Source: Octopus vulgaris (Eukaryota). From it: 64,000 bases of DNA. Position numbers and translations under genes: made by a program. Shown here piece by piece: positions 15,440-28,184 of this stretch; positions within the stretch are counted from its first letter, which is position 1, and each line of letters opens with the position of its first letter. The notes under the pieces were generated by a model, which was not told the origin of the DNA, did not search any database, and was given only the letters and a program-made list of their open reading frames with translations. The stretch covers positions 153,884,001 to 153,948,000 of the forward strand of contig OX597815.1 of assembly GCA_951406725.2 (NCBI GenBank), written 5' to 3'.

Positions 15440-15905
15440 AGTGCCTAAAAAGTTTGTTTCCCAGCCACACGGTTTTGGTTTCAGTCCCATTGCGTGGTAC
15501 CTTCAGCAAGTGACTTTTACATTAAGCCTCGGGGCGACGAAGCTTTGTGATTGGATTTGGTAGAAACTGAAAAAAGCCTTCGTATATATACTTTACGTGT
15601 GTGAGTTTGTGGTGTGAGTTTGTGGTGTGTGTTTGTGCACGCGTGTGTATGTGTGTGTGTGCGCACGCATGTGCGTGCATGTCTGTGCGTGTCTTTGTGT
15701 CTGTGTTTCTTCCCAACCACAGCTTGACAGCAGGTGTTGGGGTGTTTACCTTCCTTCACATTCCTGTAACTTAGTGGTTAGGCAAAAGCAACCAATAGAA
15801 TAAGTACCAGGTTTAAAGAGATAAGTCGACTCATTCGACTAAAACTCTTCGAGGTGATGTCCCAGTATGGCCAAAGTCTAATGACTGAAACAAATACAAG
15901 AAAAA
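15440..15905 (+). mobile_element. tRNA-derived SINE, same family as 6512-6902
   Basis: ggtttcagtcccattgcgtggtacc...gaataagtaccagg...tgactgaaaca. Confidence 0.7.
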
Positions 15906-15921
15906 AGATATATATATATAT

Positions 15922-16178
15922 GTCCAGGTATTCATTGATTTAGTCAAGGCCTTCGATACTGTGAATAGGGCCTTGCTATGGAAAATACTTGGCAAACTGG
16001 GATGTCCAGATCACTTTGTATTTATAATTAAATCATTTCATGATGGGATGGAGGTTTGGCTCAATGTTGGTGGTGGCATGGTGATATCCTTGCCCCAACT
16101 CTCTTTTCTTTGTACTATACTGTTGCTTTTATTCATGCTTTTACTAAGGTTAGCTCTCTGGGAATATATGTCAGGTAT

Positions 16179-16180
<2 letters not shown>
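15922..16180 (+). mobile_element. RTE-clade LINE reverse transcriptase fragment
   Basis: VFIDLVKAFDTVNRALLWKILGKLGCPDHFVFIIKSFHDGM. Confidence 0.8.
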
Positions 16181-16245
<65 letters not shown>

Positions 16246-16427
16246 CATATATTAGGATAAAATTTTCAACATTTTTTATCAGTGGTCATCATATTAAAAA
16301 ATACCTTTTAAGGTGAAAATTATAAACAACTTTATAAATAAGGGCAAAAGAAAAAGAATTCCTATGCCAAATATCCTGAGAATAGACTTTAAAACGGTCA
16401 ATAACCATATATAATTCATCACTATAA

Positions 16428-16473
<46 letters not shown>

Positions 16474-16508
16474 CCGTCTTCCCTTCTCTGGAGCTTTCCT
16501 TCTCCTAT

Positions 16509-16543
16509 GTTTCCGACGAAGAGCTCCGCTCGAAACGTTAAAC
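16509..16543 (+). ncRNA. Minimal hammerhead motif with U4C variant
   Basis: GUUU CCGACGA a GAGC ucc GCUC GAAA cg UU AAAC. Stem III is the palindrome ACGU. Lies in a ~170-bp unit between (TA)n tracts. Confidence 0.7.
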
Positions 16544-16665
16544 CCTCTTTCTTTCCTTCTTTCATGAGCGTCCAATAATACTATATTTGCTCCACGTCCT
16601 CGCGTTGTGTTTTTTTTGTGCTATCTTGTTTGGATTAACTTTATATATATATATATATATATATA

Positions 16666-17917
16666 CACGGGGTTGGACAAAATAATGGAAACACCTAGCA
16701 CCATAACATCATAATTTTGAAATATCTATAACACTGTCAAAAGCTTGCTTATTTTTATGTATTTTGATTTAAAATTGCTGTTTCTTTTCAGATATCATAA
16801 AAAAAAGGAATTAAAATTCATTAAAATGACAGATCTATCGGACTTTCAAAGAGGTGAGATTGTTGGTGCTCGTATGGCAGTCGCGAGCGTAACAAAAACA
16901 GCCGAAATGTTTGGTGTATCAAGAAGTACTCTCTCGAAAGTAAAAACAGCCTTTGAGAAAGAGGGGTAAAGCCTACTCGTCAAAACAAAACTTCAGAAGA
17001 AAACCAAAACTTTCAGATAGGGACCGTCGGACTCTTACGTGAATTGTTAGAAAGGATCACAGCTCCAAAGCTCCCAAAATTACTGCAGAGCTTTTTGACC
17101 ACCTCGAGAACTCAGTTTCCACAAAAACTGTTCATTGGGAGCTGCACAAAGCTGGATTTTACAGGAGGGCTGCAATCAGAAAACCACTACTTTCAAAAAC
17201 AAGCGTTGCAAAACGTCTAGAGTGGAGTAAAGACCTACAGAATTGGTCCCTAGAGCAGTGGAAGAATGTTATATTCTCAGATGAGTCACCCATTACCTTA
17301 TTTCCGACCACCAGCCGAGTATACATATGGAGACATCCAAAAGAAGCATTTGACCAAGACTGCCTTCTTCCAACTGTTATACAAGGAGGATGATCTGTGA
17401 TGATCTGGCGAGGTGGGTGGGGCTATATCTTGGAAATCCGCGGCCCAATGGTTTTCCTTCACGGCAGAATTAATAGTTAAGACTATTTAAGCATTTTAAC
17501 AGATCTAATTCACCCTCTGATTGCGGAACCGTTTCCGGAGAGAAACGCAATCTTTCAGGATGATAATGCAGAAATTCACACAGCTAAAGTTGTCACTGAA
17601 TGGCACGAGGAACATTCTCGTAAAGTTGAAAATCTTATCTGGTCACCACAGTCCCCAGATCTCAATATTATTGAACATTTAAGGTGCATTTTAGAAAAAC
17701 AAGTAAAAAGTCGATATCCTCCACCATCATCACTACAAGAACTGGTGACTGTTTTAGCTGACGAATGGACAAAAATTCCTTTGGAAACAATTCAAACTTT
17801 GTACGAGTCCGCATCTCGTAGAATTCAAGCTGTAATTACTGCCAAAGGCAGTCCTTTCCCATATTAAAATTAATTTGTTTGAAATTTTAAGGTGTTTCCA
17901 TTGGTTTTGTCCAACCC

Positions 17918-17920
<3 letters not shown>
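16666..17920 (+). mobile_element. Full-length Tc1-like DNA transposon (DD34E), decayed transposase
   Basis: TIRs cacggggttggacaaaataatggaaacacct / aggtgtttccattggttttgtccaacccctg, inserted in (TA)n. Motifs MTDLSDFQRGEIVGAR, FSDES, FQDDNA and WSPQSPDLNIIE, with several stops. Confidence 0.93.
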
Positions 17921-17975
<55 letters not shown>

Positions 17976-17979
<4 letters not shown>

Positions 17980-18370
17980 AGCAATAAGAAGATGGAGGGG
18001 ATCAATAAGTAGTTCATCAACTTTTAGACATTATATTATGTCAATTTATTTATTTATTTACTAAAATGACAATTACAAGAATATGCATACATGTATAACA
18101 TATTATGCTTTACATATAAAATATAAAAGATAACAGTAATTTTAAAAATATAACATACATGAATTTCTTTTCCCAATTTCTATTCCTGTATGTTATATTT
18201 GAAAAATTACTAGTATCTTTTATATTTTATATGTAAAGCATAATATGTCATACATGTATGTATATTCTTGTAATTGTCATTTTAGTAAACAAATAAATAA
18301 ATTGACATAATATTATGTCTAAAAGTTGATGAATCACCTATTGATCCCGTCCATTTTCTTATTGCTCTAT
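17976..18370. repeat. Fold-back inverted repeat (about 190-bp arms) of a Penelope-type terminal repeat
   Basis: 17976-18164 vs 18182-18370, moderately diverged. The continuation 18345-18545 resembles 63400-63595, which lies downstream of the HHR at 63122. Confidence 0.85.
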
Positions 18371-18759
18371 AAATTAATGGTAAAATACCTCTTTACCCTC
18401 ACCAATTTAGTACACTCGGTAATGTAATTGCAATGCAATAGAAAACACTTGTGTATTAATAATTGGGTATTCTACCAGCAGTATATTGGATAGATATTAT
18501 CCCTTAGTTGGTTGGATTCACAAGCTCTAACTTTCTTGGAATTAATATATATATATCTATATATTTTTACATTATATAAAAGGGCTTAGTAAAATAAATT
18601 ACTTTGCCGCATACTGAACTCATTAGAAATAGCAGCTAAAAAACTTTTTTAAAACTATCTCCAATACTTAAAGAAAACCTCTCTCATATAGTGTTTGCTC
18701 AATTCAACTCACTAAAGTATGGGGGTAGAGACATTAAAAAATCAAATGCAAAGGTTATT

Positions 18760-18812
18760 TGAGAACGTACGTTTCAAGATTAGTCAAAATCGACACTTCT
18801 ATCATCAGCTCA
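18760..18812 (-). ncRNA. Hammerhead motif (left arm)
   Basis: Reverse complement of the 19168-19220 motif. Confidence 0.7.
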
Positions 18813-19167
18813 GAACTCCCTGGTTTGGATTTGAAAACACTGAAAGTGGGAGCATACCCTTTCGGCCTGTTATCGCCTCTGAAGATCTGCTCAAAACTAA
18901 CAGTGCTAGCAAATTCAAATATGCAAGCGAAGAATTTCTGCTCTCCCCTTTCCACCAGCGTGGGTTAAAATCAGCAAACACTATGCTTTTTTCGGTAAAA
19001 TCCGAAGGAGAGCAGAAATTTAGTACACTCGAAGGAGAGCAGAAATTCTTCGCTTGCATATTTGAATTTGCTAGCACTGTTAGTTTTGAGCAGATCTTCA
19101 GAGGCGATAACAGGCCGAAAGGGTATGCTCCCACTTTCAGTGTTTTCAAATCCAAACCAGGGAGTTC

Positions 19168-19220
19168 TGAGCTGATGATAGAAGTGTCGATTTTGACTAA
19201 TCTTGAAACGTACGTTCTCA
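19168..19220 (+). ncRNA. Hammerhead motif (right arm)
   Basis: UGAG CUGAUGA uagaagugucgauuuugacuaaucuu GAAA CGUACG UU CUCA. Palindromic stem III. Stem II is weak, with a U-U first pair. Confidence 0.7.
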
Positions 19221-19521
19221 AATAACCTTTGCATTTGATTTTTTAATGTCTCTACCCCCATACTTTAGTGAGTTGAATTGAGCAAACACTATATGAGAGA
19301 GGTTTTCTTTAAGTATTGGAGATAGTTTTAAAAAAGTTTTTTTAGCTGCTATTTCTAATGAGTTCAGTATGCGGCAAAGTAATTTATTTTACTAAGCCCT
19401 TTTATATAATGTAATAATTTGAATTCGCCTTAAATGGTCCCTTTGTATACTGAATACTTGGTGAAATTGATTAATTAATTAATTTTACCCTCAATTGTTG
19501 AAATTATATATCTATATATAT

Positions 19522-19565
<44 letters not shown>

Positions 19566-20744
19566 TTCAAGTAATTACAAAGAGTATGGAGATTGGTACA
19601 TCACCAAATTTTCCCTTTAATTTTATAGTTGCTCATACAGTATAAGTAGTTGGTTAAAATGACCGTCAAGTGTTTCTACTTCACAGAGTATGTGCAGCTG
19701 CATATGCTATCCAGCGTTATCGTCTGTGCATCTTCATTGAACAAAGCGTGGCTCGAAGTGGAGTCAATTTATCTGTGGCTAATTTAAGATATGAATGAAA
19801 GTGAAGGATATATGTTGAAATTTGAAATGGCTACAATGTAGACTAGAACAGCCCTTGAGATATTTACGTCTACATGGGAAAACCTTTAAGCATTTTCAAG
19901 CAGGTATCAGGTAGTATGATATCCTATACACAAAGGAGAGTTGTCGAATGATAGAGGTATATGTCTGAACATTATCTGGCCTAACTTTCAACTAAATATC
20001 GTTATTATCACAAGTTTAAAACATCTTTCTTTCTTATAAATCATAGCAACACATGCAGGTATGGAAACTTCCAAATAGCCTAAGACTCAACTTAACAACT
20101 TAAAAGTGCATCATTATAAAATATATCGATTGAACGTCATCGATGTAACTAAGTTTAATATTAATTCTATTCAACCTCCTTTAACCACAGAAAAAGCCTA
20201 TTAGAATAGTCGGGTATACTTTTGACTTGATTTAATAAATATTTAACTCCCAGTTTCCGTCCTGACACTGATGTTAAGTTGAGGTCACCCTAAGGATAAA
20301 ATTTATAGCCAAATCCGATTTCGACGTATCCCCCATCACTTCCCATTATATTTTAAACTAGCCACTCATAAGTAAACACAATTCGCTTCGCATTACACTT
20401 ATTGAAGGACCCTGAATGAAAATGCACAGAAGATAGAGCTGGGTTGCATGGTCAAATGAACGTACTCTGTGCAGCAGAATGCCGTGTCGGTTATTTTAAC
20501 CAACTAATTATGCTGTATGACCAACTGTAAAATTAAAAGAAAAAAATTAATCAAGTAGCAGTCACCGTCTTCTTTTAATTGTTTGAAATCTAAACTCCTG
20601 ATAACATTCATAATCCAGAGAAACGAACCCGGGGTTAGCCACCAGAAAAATTACAGCGGAGGTGCAAATACTAAGTGATCATTGATGTTTAATACTATTC
20701 AATGTGGTTAGCCGTTACCTGGAACACACCTGAGAGCTACCAGG

Positions 20745-20827
<83 letters not shown>

Positions 20828-21496
20828 TATATATGTATGTATGCATACATACGTACATTCACATATACATGTGTTGTACCGGCTGTCAAGCGAGCCGGTT
20901 GCTTACCCTTGACAGTCGATAAACTTTTGCTTACGTTCCTGTAACTTACACGTTAGACTAGAATAAATATCAGATACCAGCAGACAGAATAGGAAGTAAA
21001 CTGATCAACTAAATCTTTTCAAGAAGTTCAGAAGCAAATCCGCAATCCGATGACTGGGACAAGTAAACGAATAAAAAGATATCTCTGAGACCATTCATTC
21101 TATACGTCCATGTTTACTCCATGCAAAATCACTTTTGAAATTGAAGTACAGAAATTAGTTTACTGAACATTTTGTCCATTCTTTTTACTGGCTTCAGGCA
21201 CTGGACTGCGTCTATGTTATTTCAAGAGTTTGGAGTTAAGGGAATCGATCTAGAAATTATTTTACTAATCTTCATGCAATGATTAAATTTGTGGTTGAAA
21301 GGGACGAAAGATAAAGCACCATTAGATATTGGGATATTCACTCAGAAGCAAGTGGGGAGACACAAGTATACACACAAACGCATATACGCACACTTATATT
21401 AGTGTTATATACATACATACACATGCGTATACATACATAAATACATACATACATACATACATACATACATACATACATACATACATACATACATAA

Positions 21497-22483
21497 TGAG
21501 TTCGGACAGAGAAGAGAAACTATGTACAGTTGTGGAAATCAGCTACCTGGCGGCTCCCAACATAAAGCTAAACATCAGTGAAAATGAAAACACCTACGCT
21601 GAACTATTGAGAAATTTACATTTAATCTAAACGGGTTGCACGTTCAAGTCAACATCTGTAAATATTGGGGCACTGGGCAATGTAACAAACCGCCTAAACA
21701 GTTTGAGAAATTAGGTTTCTCAGAACCAGAAGGGAGAAAGCTATTTCGAAAATTACACATTGAAGCCATAAATGGAACAGTAAAAATTTGTAACTTTCCA
21801 GAATTTTATCATTTAAGTATATATACGCATGTCTAGAGATTCAGCTGTATGCATAACAATGCATACATAAAACAAAACATGAAAATCTGCACATGCACTG
21901 ACTCCAAATACTGCACATATATATTCAAGCATGCAAAAATAATCTGTTGATGTTGTTTAAATTCCACCGAAGGAGCCTTGGATCTAGGTTAGAAACTGGC
22001 TCCTCAACAGGCAAGAAATTTAAAAATAAAACTGAATAATAACATAATACATCTGCAGTTAGTCTATCCAGATTACAAGTTCAAGTTTATACCTGTAATT
22101 ATTGGGGCACTGGAATATGTAACATTCTGCCGAAATACCAGCTTTGAGAAATTAGGCTTCTCAAAACCGGAAAAGAGAAAGCTGATTTGAAGACTACAAA
22201 TTCAATCCATCACTGGAACTGTAAAAATCTGTAAAACTTTCCAGAAATTTGTGATTTAAGTATATTTGAGCATGTCTAGATATGCAACTATATGCATGAG
22301 AGTACATATACAAAACAAAGCATACAAATCTGCAGGTATACATACATACATACATACATACATACATACATAATTACTAAAATACCTTGTTGATGTTGAA
22401 ATTCCAATGAAGGAACCTTGGATCTGGGTTAGAAACCGGGTCTCTCTCTGTTGGCAAGAAATCATGAAATAAAATTGAATAAT
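21497..22483 (+). mobile_element. Two tandem 3' fragments of a restriction-endonuclease-type (R2/R4/NeSL-like) LINE embedded in (ATAC)n
   Basis: FIPVIIGALEYV...FEKLGFSKPEKRKLI...IQSITGTVKICKTF occurs twice (about 21660-21810 and 22085-22258). Both copies share a 3' tail ending aaa(c/t)tgaataat next to (ACAT)n. Confidence 0.7.
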
Positions 22484-22703
22484 GACATACATACATACTT
22501 GCATACAAATATATGTAAAATTGAATCTATCTTTCTATCTGTCTTTATATATAAAATAATGTACATTTAAACACAAAGAGAAATTACCTATAACAGGCAA
22601 TTTCTACACGCTAGAAGACAGTCAAAACGACCGAAGACTACAAAAAATTTAAGAAATTTCAAAGGGAATGAAAAAATAAAAAAAAACTTTTACCTTGTTT
22701 TTA

Positions 22704-22786
22704 CGGTTATACCTATAAGTTTCGGATTTGTTTAGTAAATAAAATAAAATAAAATAATTTACCAGGCAAATCCTCTTCAGTAACCG
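22704..22786 (-). ncRNA. Type I hammerhead ribozyme motif
   Basis: Minus: CGGUUA CUGAAGA GGAUUUG...CAAAUCC GAAA cuuauagg UA UAACCG. 6-bp stem I, 7-bp stem II, near-palindromic stem III, triplet GUA. Confidence 0.9.
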
Positions 22787-23599
22787 AGCCATCCAAGACT
22801 AACCTGTAATTATGAGACCAATAGCACGTGTCTCATCTCTATATGTTATAATTTTTCAAAAAATCCACTACGCAAGCGTAGTTTCAGTCGGCAGAAAAGT
22901 GAAAAATGCTGAAACGAACTTTGAAAAGCTGATATCGATACGTAGACATCTATATAGGGTATTCAATTATTTAATACCCTATATAGATATCTAAGCCCAA
23001 CAACGACACTTCATGCATTGAGTACATATTAAATTTTATTAAACTTGAACAATATTTTTCAAGCAATGAACAATTTTCATCAAAACAATGATATAATTTG
23101 TCGACTTGGAACTTATTGCAAAGCTGCATGATAAACAATTTTGTCTTCCCATTCGGGGGTGGGGTGGGGGTGGGGATGGATACAATTTTTTCTATCTAAC
23201 CTCTTTCTTTCTCTCTCTCTCTCTTTTTGTTGATTGTTTTCAACCATCACCATCATCACCGCCACAACTGCCAAACATACACACCATTCAGACTTCTGTC
23301 GCCACCACCATCAATACCTTTGAATTTGGCACCTTCCCCTCCACCGCCATCACCACTATCTTTCACATCACTTACTCTCACCGTCATCCCTGACCACCAC
23401 CACTACCACCACTACCAAAACCATCACCATCGCCTCCGCCTCTATCACAAATACAGCTCATACTATTACTATCACCCCATTACCATCACAAAAGGCTAAA
23501 TGTGTGTGTTCGTTCAGTATGTTAGTTCAGTGTTTAGTCCCTATTTCTCTCTCATACCTACTCTTTCTCTCTCATTATTAATCCCACTGCAACCATCAA

Positions 23600-24968
23600 C
23601 CAATGGCTACATAATGACCACAACTCAGATAGAGTGGAACAAGCAAGAATCCATTCGTTCTTGTTCTCACATCAGGACCCCACATCAGTATTTTTGACAT
23701 CATTTTTGCTCGAAAACTCAAAAAGGATGTCAAGAATTGAGTGATAGATGCATCCTTGGCTCAAATGATCCACAAGGGAATACACATGAAACCATAATTG
23801 GGAGGCTTGTCAAGGAAGGAGACACCAGCAAGGATGGCTCTACCACAATCGATATCATCAACTAAAAAGACGAAAGAGCTAAAATGGGCCAAAAAAGCAA
23901 AAAAGGATGAAGACAGAAATAAAAATGAAGAAAACCAAAAGAGTACTCCCAAGTATAATAATGAAGAAAAGAAACAAGCTAGACAGTTTATACACGAAAA
24001 TACAAATAGTTTGGAAGCACGCACAATCGTGTAAATTCTACCTACGCGTTGGCTGCTGGCATGGAGATGACGGTACACACTGCTGCTTCCTACACTCAAA
24101 ACCATACCATAAGCAAAATACCCCCCCCCCCCGCCGAAGGGACCAAAAGACAAAAAAAAACTCCAAAAAGGAGAAAGTCGAGCATCACCTGCATCAACAG
24201 TAAAATATACTGATGCAGTGCGCACTACTCCGAAAAGCCCCATTCAGAAGCCACAACTGACCTGGCTACATCAGTTCCAGAGTAGGAGCCATCCCCACCA
24301 ACATACAAGACTGCCAATGGTTCAGGGTGGCCACCACAGACATCAGGAAAGATGTCACACCAATATCTTTTATGAACTCAGTTACAGAGCCAAAATTACC
24401 TTCCTGAGAGACATTGTGGTATGCAAGCAAATCTTATGCAAAGCACTCACCGAAAGGCACCTAAAATCCGACATCGCAGATGCACAAATACACATACCAA
24501 AGTATGTTGTATTGCGAAGCGACAGAAAAGTCAGGAGCCATGGTGGAGTTGCAATGTACATATGTGAAGATCTCACACCCCAGATCCTTTGGTCACACTC
24601 AAACGTGGTATGTATACATATAAGATAACTTGATATAGTTGTATGTACTATTTATCGCCCATCAGATGTTCCAAATCACACAGGCCTATTCAAAGACTGC
24701 CTTGCAAGTATAGAAGTCTTAGCCAAACAAGAACAACACATCAGTGTACTTCTCATGGGAGACTTCAACTTGCCCAAAGTAGGATGGCCTGGGGTCCTTT
24801 TCCTCTTGGGAATGACGCGATGTGAATAAAGCCAGGTGGAATCTCTGCTCAGCCTCACCAACATGTTATACATGGAGCACGTAATACTCCAACCAACCAG
24901 AGCAAACAATATACTCGATCTCTGCTTCACAAACAATATGGATCCCATTTATAATGTGAAAATAACAC
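23600..24968 (+). mobile_element. CR1-group LINE 5' part: ORF1 remnant with CCCH zinc finger plus APE endonuclease
   Basis: CKFYLRVGCWHGDDGTHCCFLH, then ALTERHL...YVVLRSDRKVRSHGGVAMYI, IYRP, MGDFNLP and PTRANNILDLCFTN. Confidence 0.8.
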
Positions 24969-24969
24969 A

Positions 24970-25345
24970 GGGAGTAAAAATGTTCATAGCAATCGCATAA
25001 GCGTGCATGTCCATACATACACATGCGCGCCCGCACACCCACGTAATGTGCCTATATGTATATACTCATCCACCCTCACTTGAAACATACACAAGCTCAC
25101 ACACACACATTCGCCCAAAAATATACGCATATCTGCTTACACGTTCGCAAACAGACACAAGCGGTCATTCAAATAGCTCTTTTGTCTTAATAACGGTTAA
25201 TCACACATGAATTTCCCTTTGTTTAACAGTCATTTTCATAGCACTTTTTGATGGCCTGATAACTGAAGAGATGCCGGCGTGGGTTTCCGCCGCGACATGC
25301 GAAACTCGGAGTTTTATCATGGCAACCAAATAATTGTCACATATT
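24970..25345 (+). mobile_element. Truncated copy of the 7010-8940 Penelope family with a 5' inversion
   Basis: 25160-25345 matches 8746-8932 directly. 24970-25158 matches about 8540-8722 in reverse complement. Confidence 0.85.
25252..25324 (+). ncRNA. Type I hammerhead ribozyme motif (homologue of 8839)
   Basis: UGAUAA CUGAAGA gaug.cggcg..cgccg..caugc GAAA cucggag UU UUAUCA. Confidence 0.85.
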
Positions 25346-25348
25346 ATC

Positions 25349-25433
<85 letters not shown>

Positions 25434-25457
25434 CTACATATATATACACACACACAC

Positions 25458-25512
<55 letters not shown>

Positions 25513-26600
25513 CATACATGTGTGTGTGCGTGGGTGTCCACATGCACACGACAGGTTTCCGCACCGTTTCCGTCTATCAAATTCATTCTCAAGTCATTGA
25601 TCCGCTTGGAGCTATAGCAGAAAAAATTGCTCGAGGTGCCGCGCAGTAGAACTCAACCCGAAACCATGTGATTGCAAAGCAAGTTTCTTAACAACTCAAT
25701 TATGCGTAAAAGCATTATATGCAACCACATATATGCATATGTGTGTGTGTATCATCAGGTATCATTCCTCTTCAATCGATTGAATATCAACGATAACCAT
25801 CACAGTCTATCTCGTACTCTCCTAATATATATTCTCTCTATTTTAAATCTGACAATTTTTTGATAATTCTTGGTTTTTCTCTCCTTTTCTCTATTCATTT
25901 TGCCTTCTCTTAAAAACATTCCTAAGTCGTGTTTCTAATTAAGTGTCCAAAACTTGTTATTTTTCTCCGATAAAACATTTTCCGTTTCTGTCCTATATAT
26001 TACTTTATCAAAGGTTTCTCTGTTTTGACCTTCAAACTTTGATATTCTCAAATACCTTACATACTCCTACATCTCAAAGGCTTATAATCTATGTGATAAT
26101 ACTTTTGTTAATGTCCATGTTTCAAAGTAGCAGAGACGACCACACATAACATTTTAATATTTCCCAGGTTACCATATTAATGCTTCATGATGTAAGTAAT
26201 TCAACTAATTTTCCAGTTATCTAAAGCCTCCCTTTGATTTCTGCTTCACATGTCTAGTTTTATGATTGCGTTTATCTCATGTATACTACTTTTCGTGTCT
26301 GTTAAATGGGCTTTCCTTCAGATGCAATATTTGCTTAGTTTTGTTTCTGGCTGATCATCATTGATTTTGGCTTCTTAGCTTCGTCCCCATTCAATAAAAT
26401 GCTTTTAAAAAATATTATTTACCATAGTAACAAGTTTAATATTGCAGAACTGCTTGTAAACCTAAACTTGTTAACGTTTATTCCGTTTATTGATACTCTA
26501 GGTTTGCCTTCTTACTTCTTTGAAAATCTCAATGCGGAGATATCAAAGCTAAAAAGGCTACATGATAGTGCACATCTTCGCTTCCTTCAGTCCATATATA

Positions 26601-26820
26601 GGGTTGGCAACTAAGTTCCCGCTGTTTTTTAAAATTTAATTTTTTAAAAGGTAATAAAATATAACAACTAATTAATCAGTAATGTATTCACCCTTGTTGT
26701 TTACAACGTCCCAACGTTCAACATGATAATCCCTTCCCAGTCCCACCATACGCACAACATCGTTTTACGCGGATGAAGATATTGTTTCACGCGCGGTGTT
26801 GCTTGTTTACCGGGGCTAAA
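26601..26820 (-). mobile_element. Internally deleted mariner fragment
   Basis: Reverse frames give SPGKQATPRVKQYLHPRKTMLCVWWDWEGII joined to ERWDVVNNKGEYITD*. Confidence 0.75.
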
Positions 26821-26838
26821 TTTTAATATAAAGTAAAT

Positions 26839-26892
26839 AAATCGCCACTACAATTGTTTCCTGTCTTCAAATGACATTCATCAGGTGGATTT
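26839..26892 (-). ncRNA. Type I hammerhead ribozyme motif (left arm)
   Basis: Minus: aaaucCAC CUGAUGA aUGUCauuugaaGACAg GAAA CAAUUG UA GUGgcgauuu. Palindromic stem III. Confidence 0.85.
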
Positions 26893-27241
26893 CATATCTA
26901 AAAATATCTATTTTAAAAAAAAATAAATTTAAAATGGCTAAAACTATAAATAATAAATTTATCAATGAAAAAATATAAAAATATATAATCTATACATAAT
27001 CTATATATAATCTATATATAATCAATATATAATCAAGAACTAAAATAACCTCTATAAACAAATTTATATTCATTTGTTTATAGAGGTTATTTTAGTTCTT
27101 GATTATATATTGATTATATATAGATTATATATAGATTATGTATAGATTATATATTTTAATATTTTTTCATAGATAAATTTATTATTTATAGTTTTAGCCA
27201 TTTAAAATTTATTTTTTAAAAAATTGATATTTTTAGATATG

Positions 27242-27295
27242 AAATCCGCCTGATGAATGTCATTTGAAGACAGGAAATAATTGTAGTGGCGATTT
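27242..27295 (+). ncRNA. Type I hammerhead ribozyme motif (right arm)
   Basis: Same as the left arm except ccgc for ccac and UAAUUG for CAAUUG. Both changes give G-U pairs. Confidence 0.8.
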
Positions 27296-27377
27296 ATTTA
27301 CTTTATATTAATTTTTTTTTATGTATTGATTAAGTCTTTCCTTGTTTGATTTACAAAATAGTGGTTTTGTCTCTAAT

Positions 27378-27450
<73 letters not shown>

Positions 27451-28184
27451 CATATAATGTATTTTTTGACAATTTGAAATCTGCATATAAGAAAAAACTT
27501 CAGGTAGAAAACGAATGTATTTATCTACTAAAATTAATGACGTCACTGGATATCGAAAGAACAAAATCTGCAAACAAGACTTCTACATTATGCTTAATAG
27601 AAAGTTAAATACTTTACGTCGCAATAATTAGTTATCTAGTTATTTATTTATCTATTTATTTAATACAATAAGTCCTTCCAATTGAATTAACATTATTTTA
27701 TAATAACTGAAGAAGTGTTGTATTAAACAACATCTACAACAACCGAGGATCTCACTGAATAATTAAAATATATAAACCAGAGAACAGACAACCAAATACT
27801 TATTTATTCATTATAAAAAACTCTTATATAGGAATTAACCTTATTATATAATTATTAAAAATATTGTAATTAAATATAGCATATACAATTATTGATGACT
27901 ATACTAGATAACTAAAGAATAAAGATAACGGTTAAGATAATTAAATGCCTATTTATGTTTATATTATAACCTTTTATGGGAATTGAAATTATTATATAAT
28001 TACTGAAAAATTACTATAATTAATAATATATACAATGTTGATGATCTTGGTGGATAATTAAAGAGAAAAATTATAGATAAGAAATCTACTTTATGCTTAA
28101 TCGAAGCTTAGATACTTTACATCGCTATAATTAATTACTTACTCATTATAATAAGCATTTTAATAGAAACTAACCTTATTATAT

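Larger units (their letters stand above)
18567..19414. repeat. Large fold-back inverted repeat (about 380-bp arms)
   Basis: 18567-18946 vs 19034-19414 appear essentially identical. The spacer holds an 18-nt duplication (cgaaggagagcagaaatt). Each arm carries an HHR motif. Confidence 0.95.
26824..27312. repeat. Fold-back inverted repeat (about 240-bp arms, 8-nt spacer)
   Basis: 26824-27063 vs 27072-27312 with few mismatches. HHR in both arms. Confidence 0.95.

Noticed and set aside
19085-19131. gagca...ggc...gcc GAAA ggg TA tgctc, a possible second ribozyme in the large fold-back
   Set aside because: Stems I and II can be drawn, but the core reads gatcttcaga and stem III is not palindromic.
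18719-19261. Mirror-image ORFs of 96-168 aa on both strands
   Set aside because: They are by-products of the 380-bp inverted repeat and show no recognisable protein motif. The same applies to the ORF pairs at 5681-5922 and 45148-45530.
22400-22450. aacc...ggtta-GAAA-ccgg-gtc in the LINE 3' tail, resembling a hammerhead half
   Set aside because: There is no CUGANGA core (caatgaagg) and no stem I pairing, and the sister copy at about 21965 does not support the fold.
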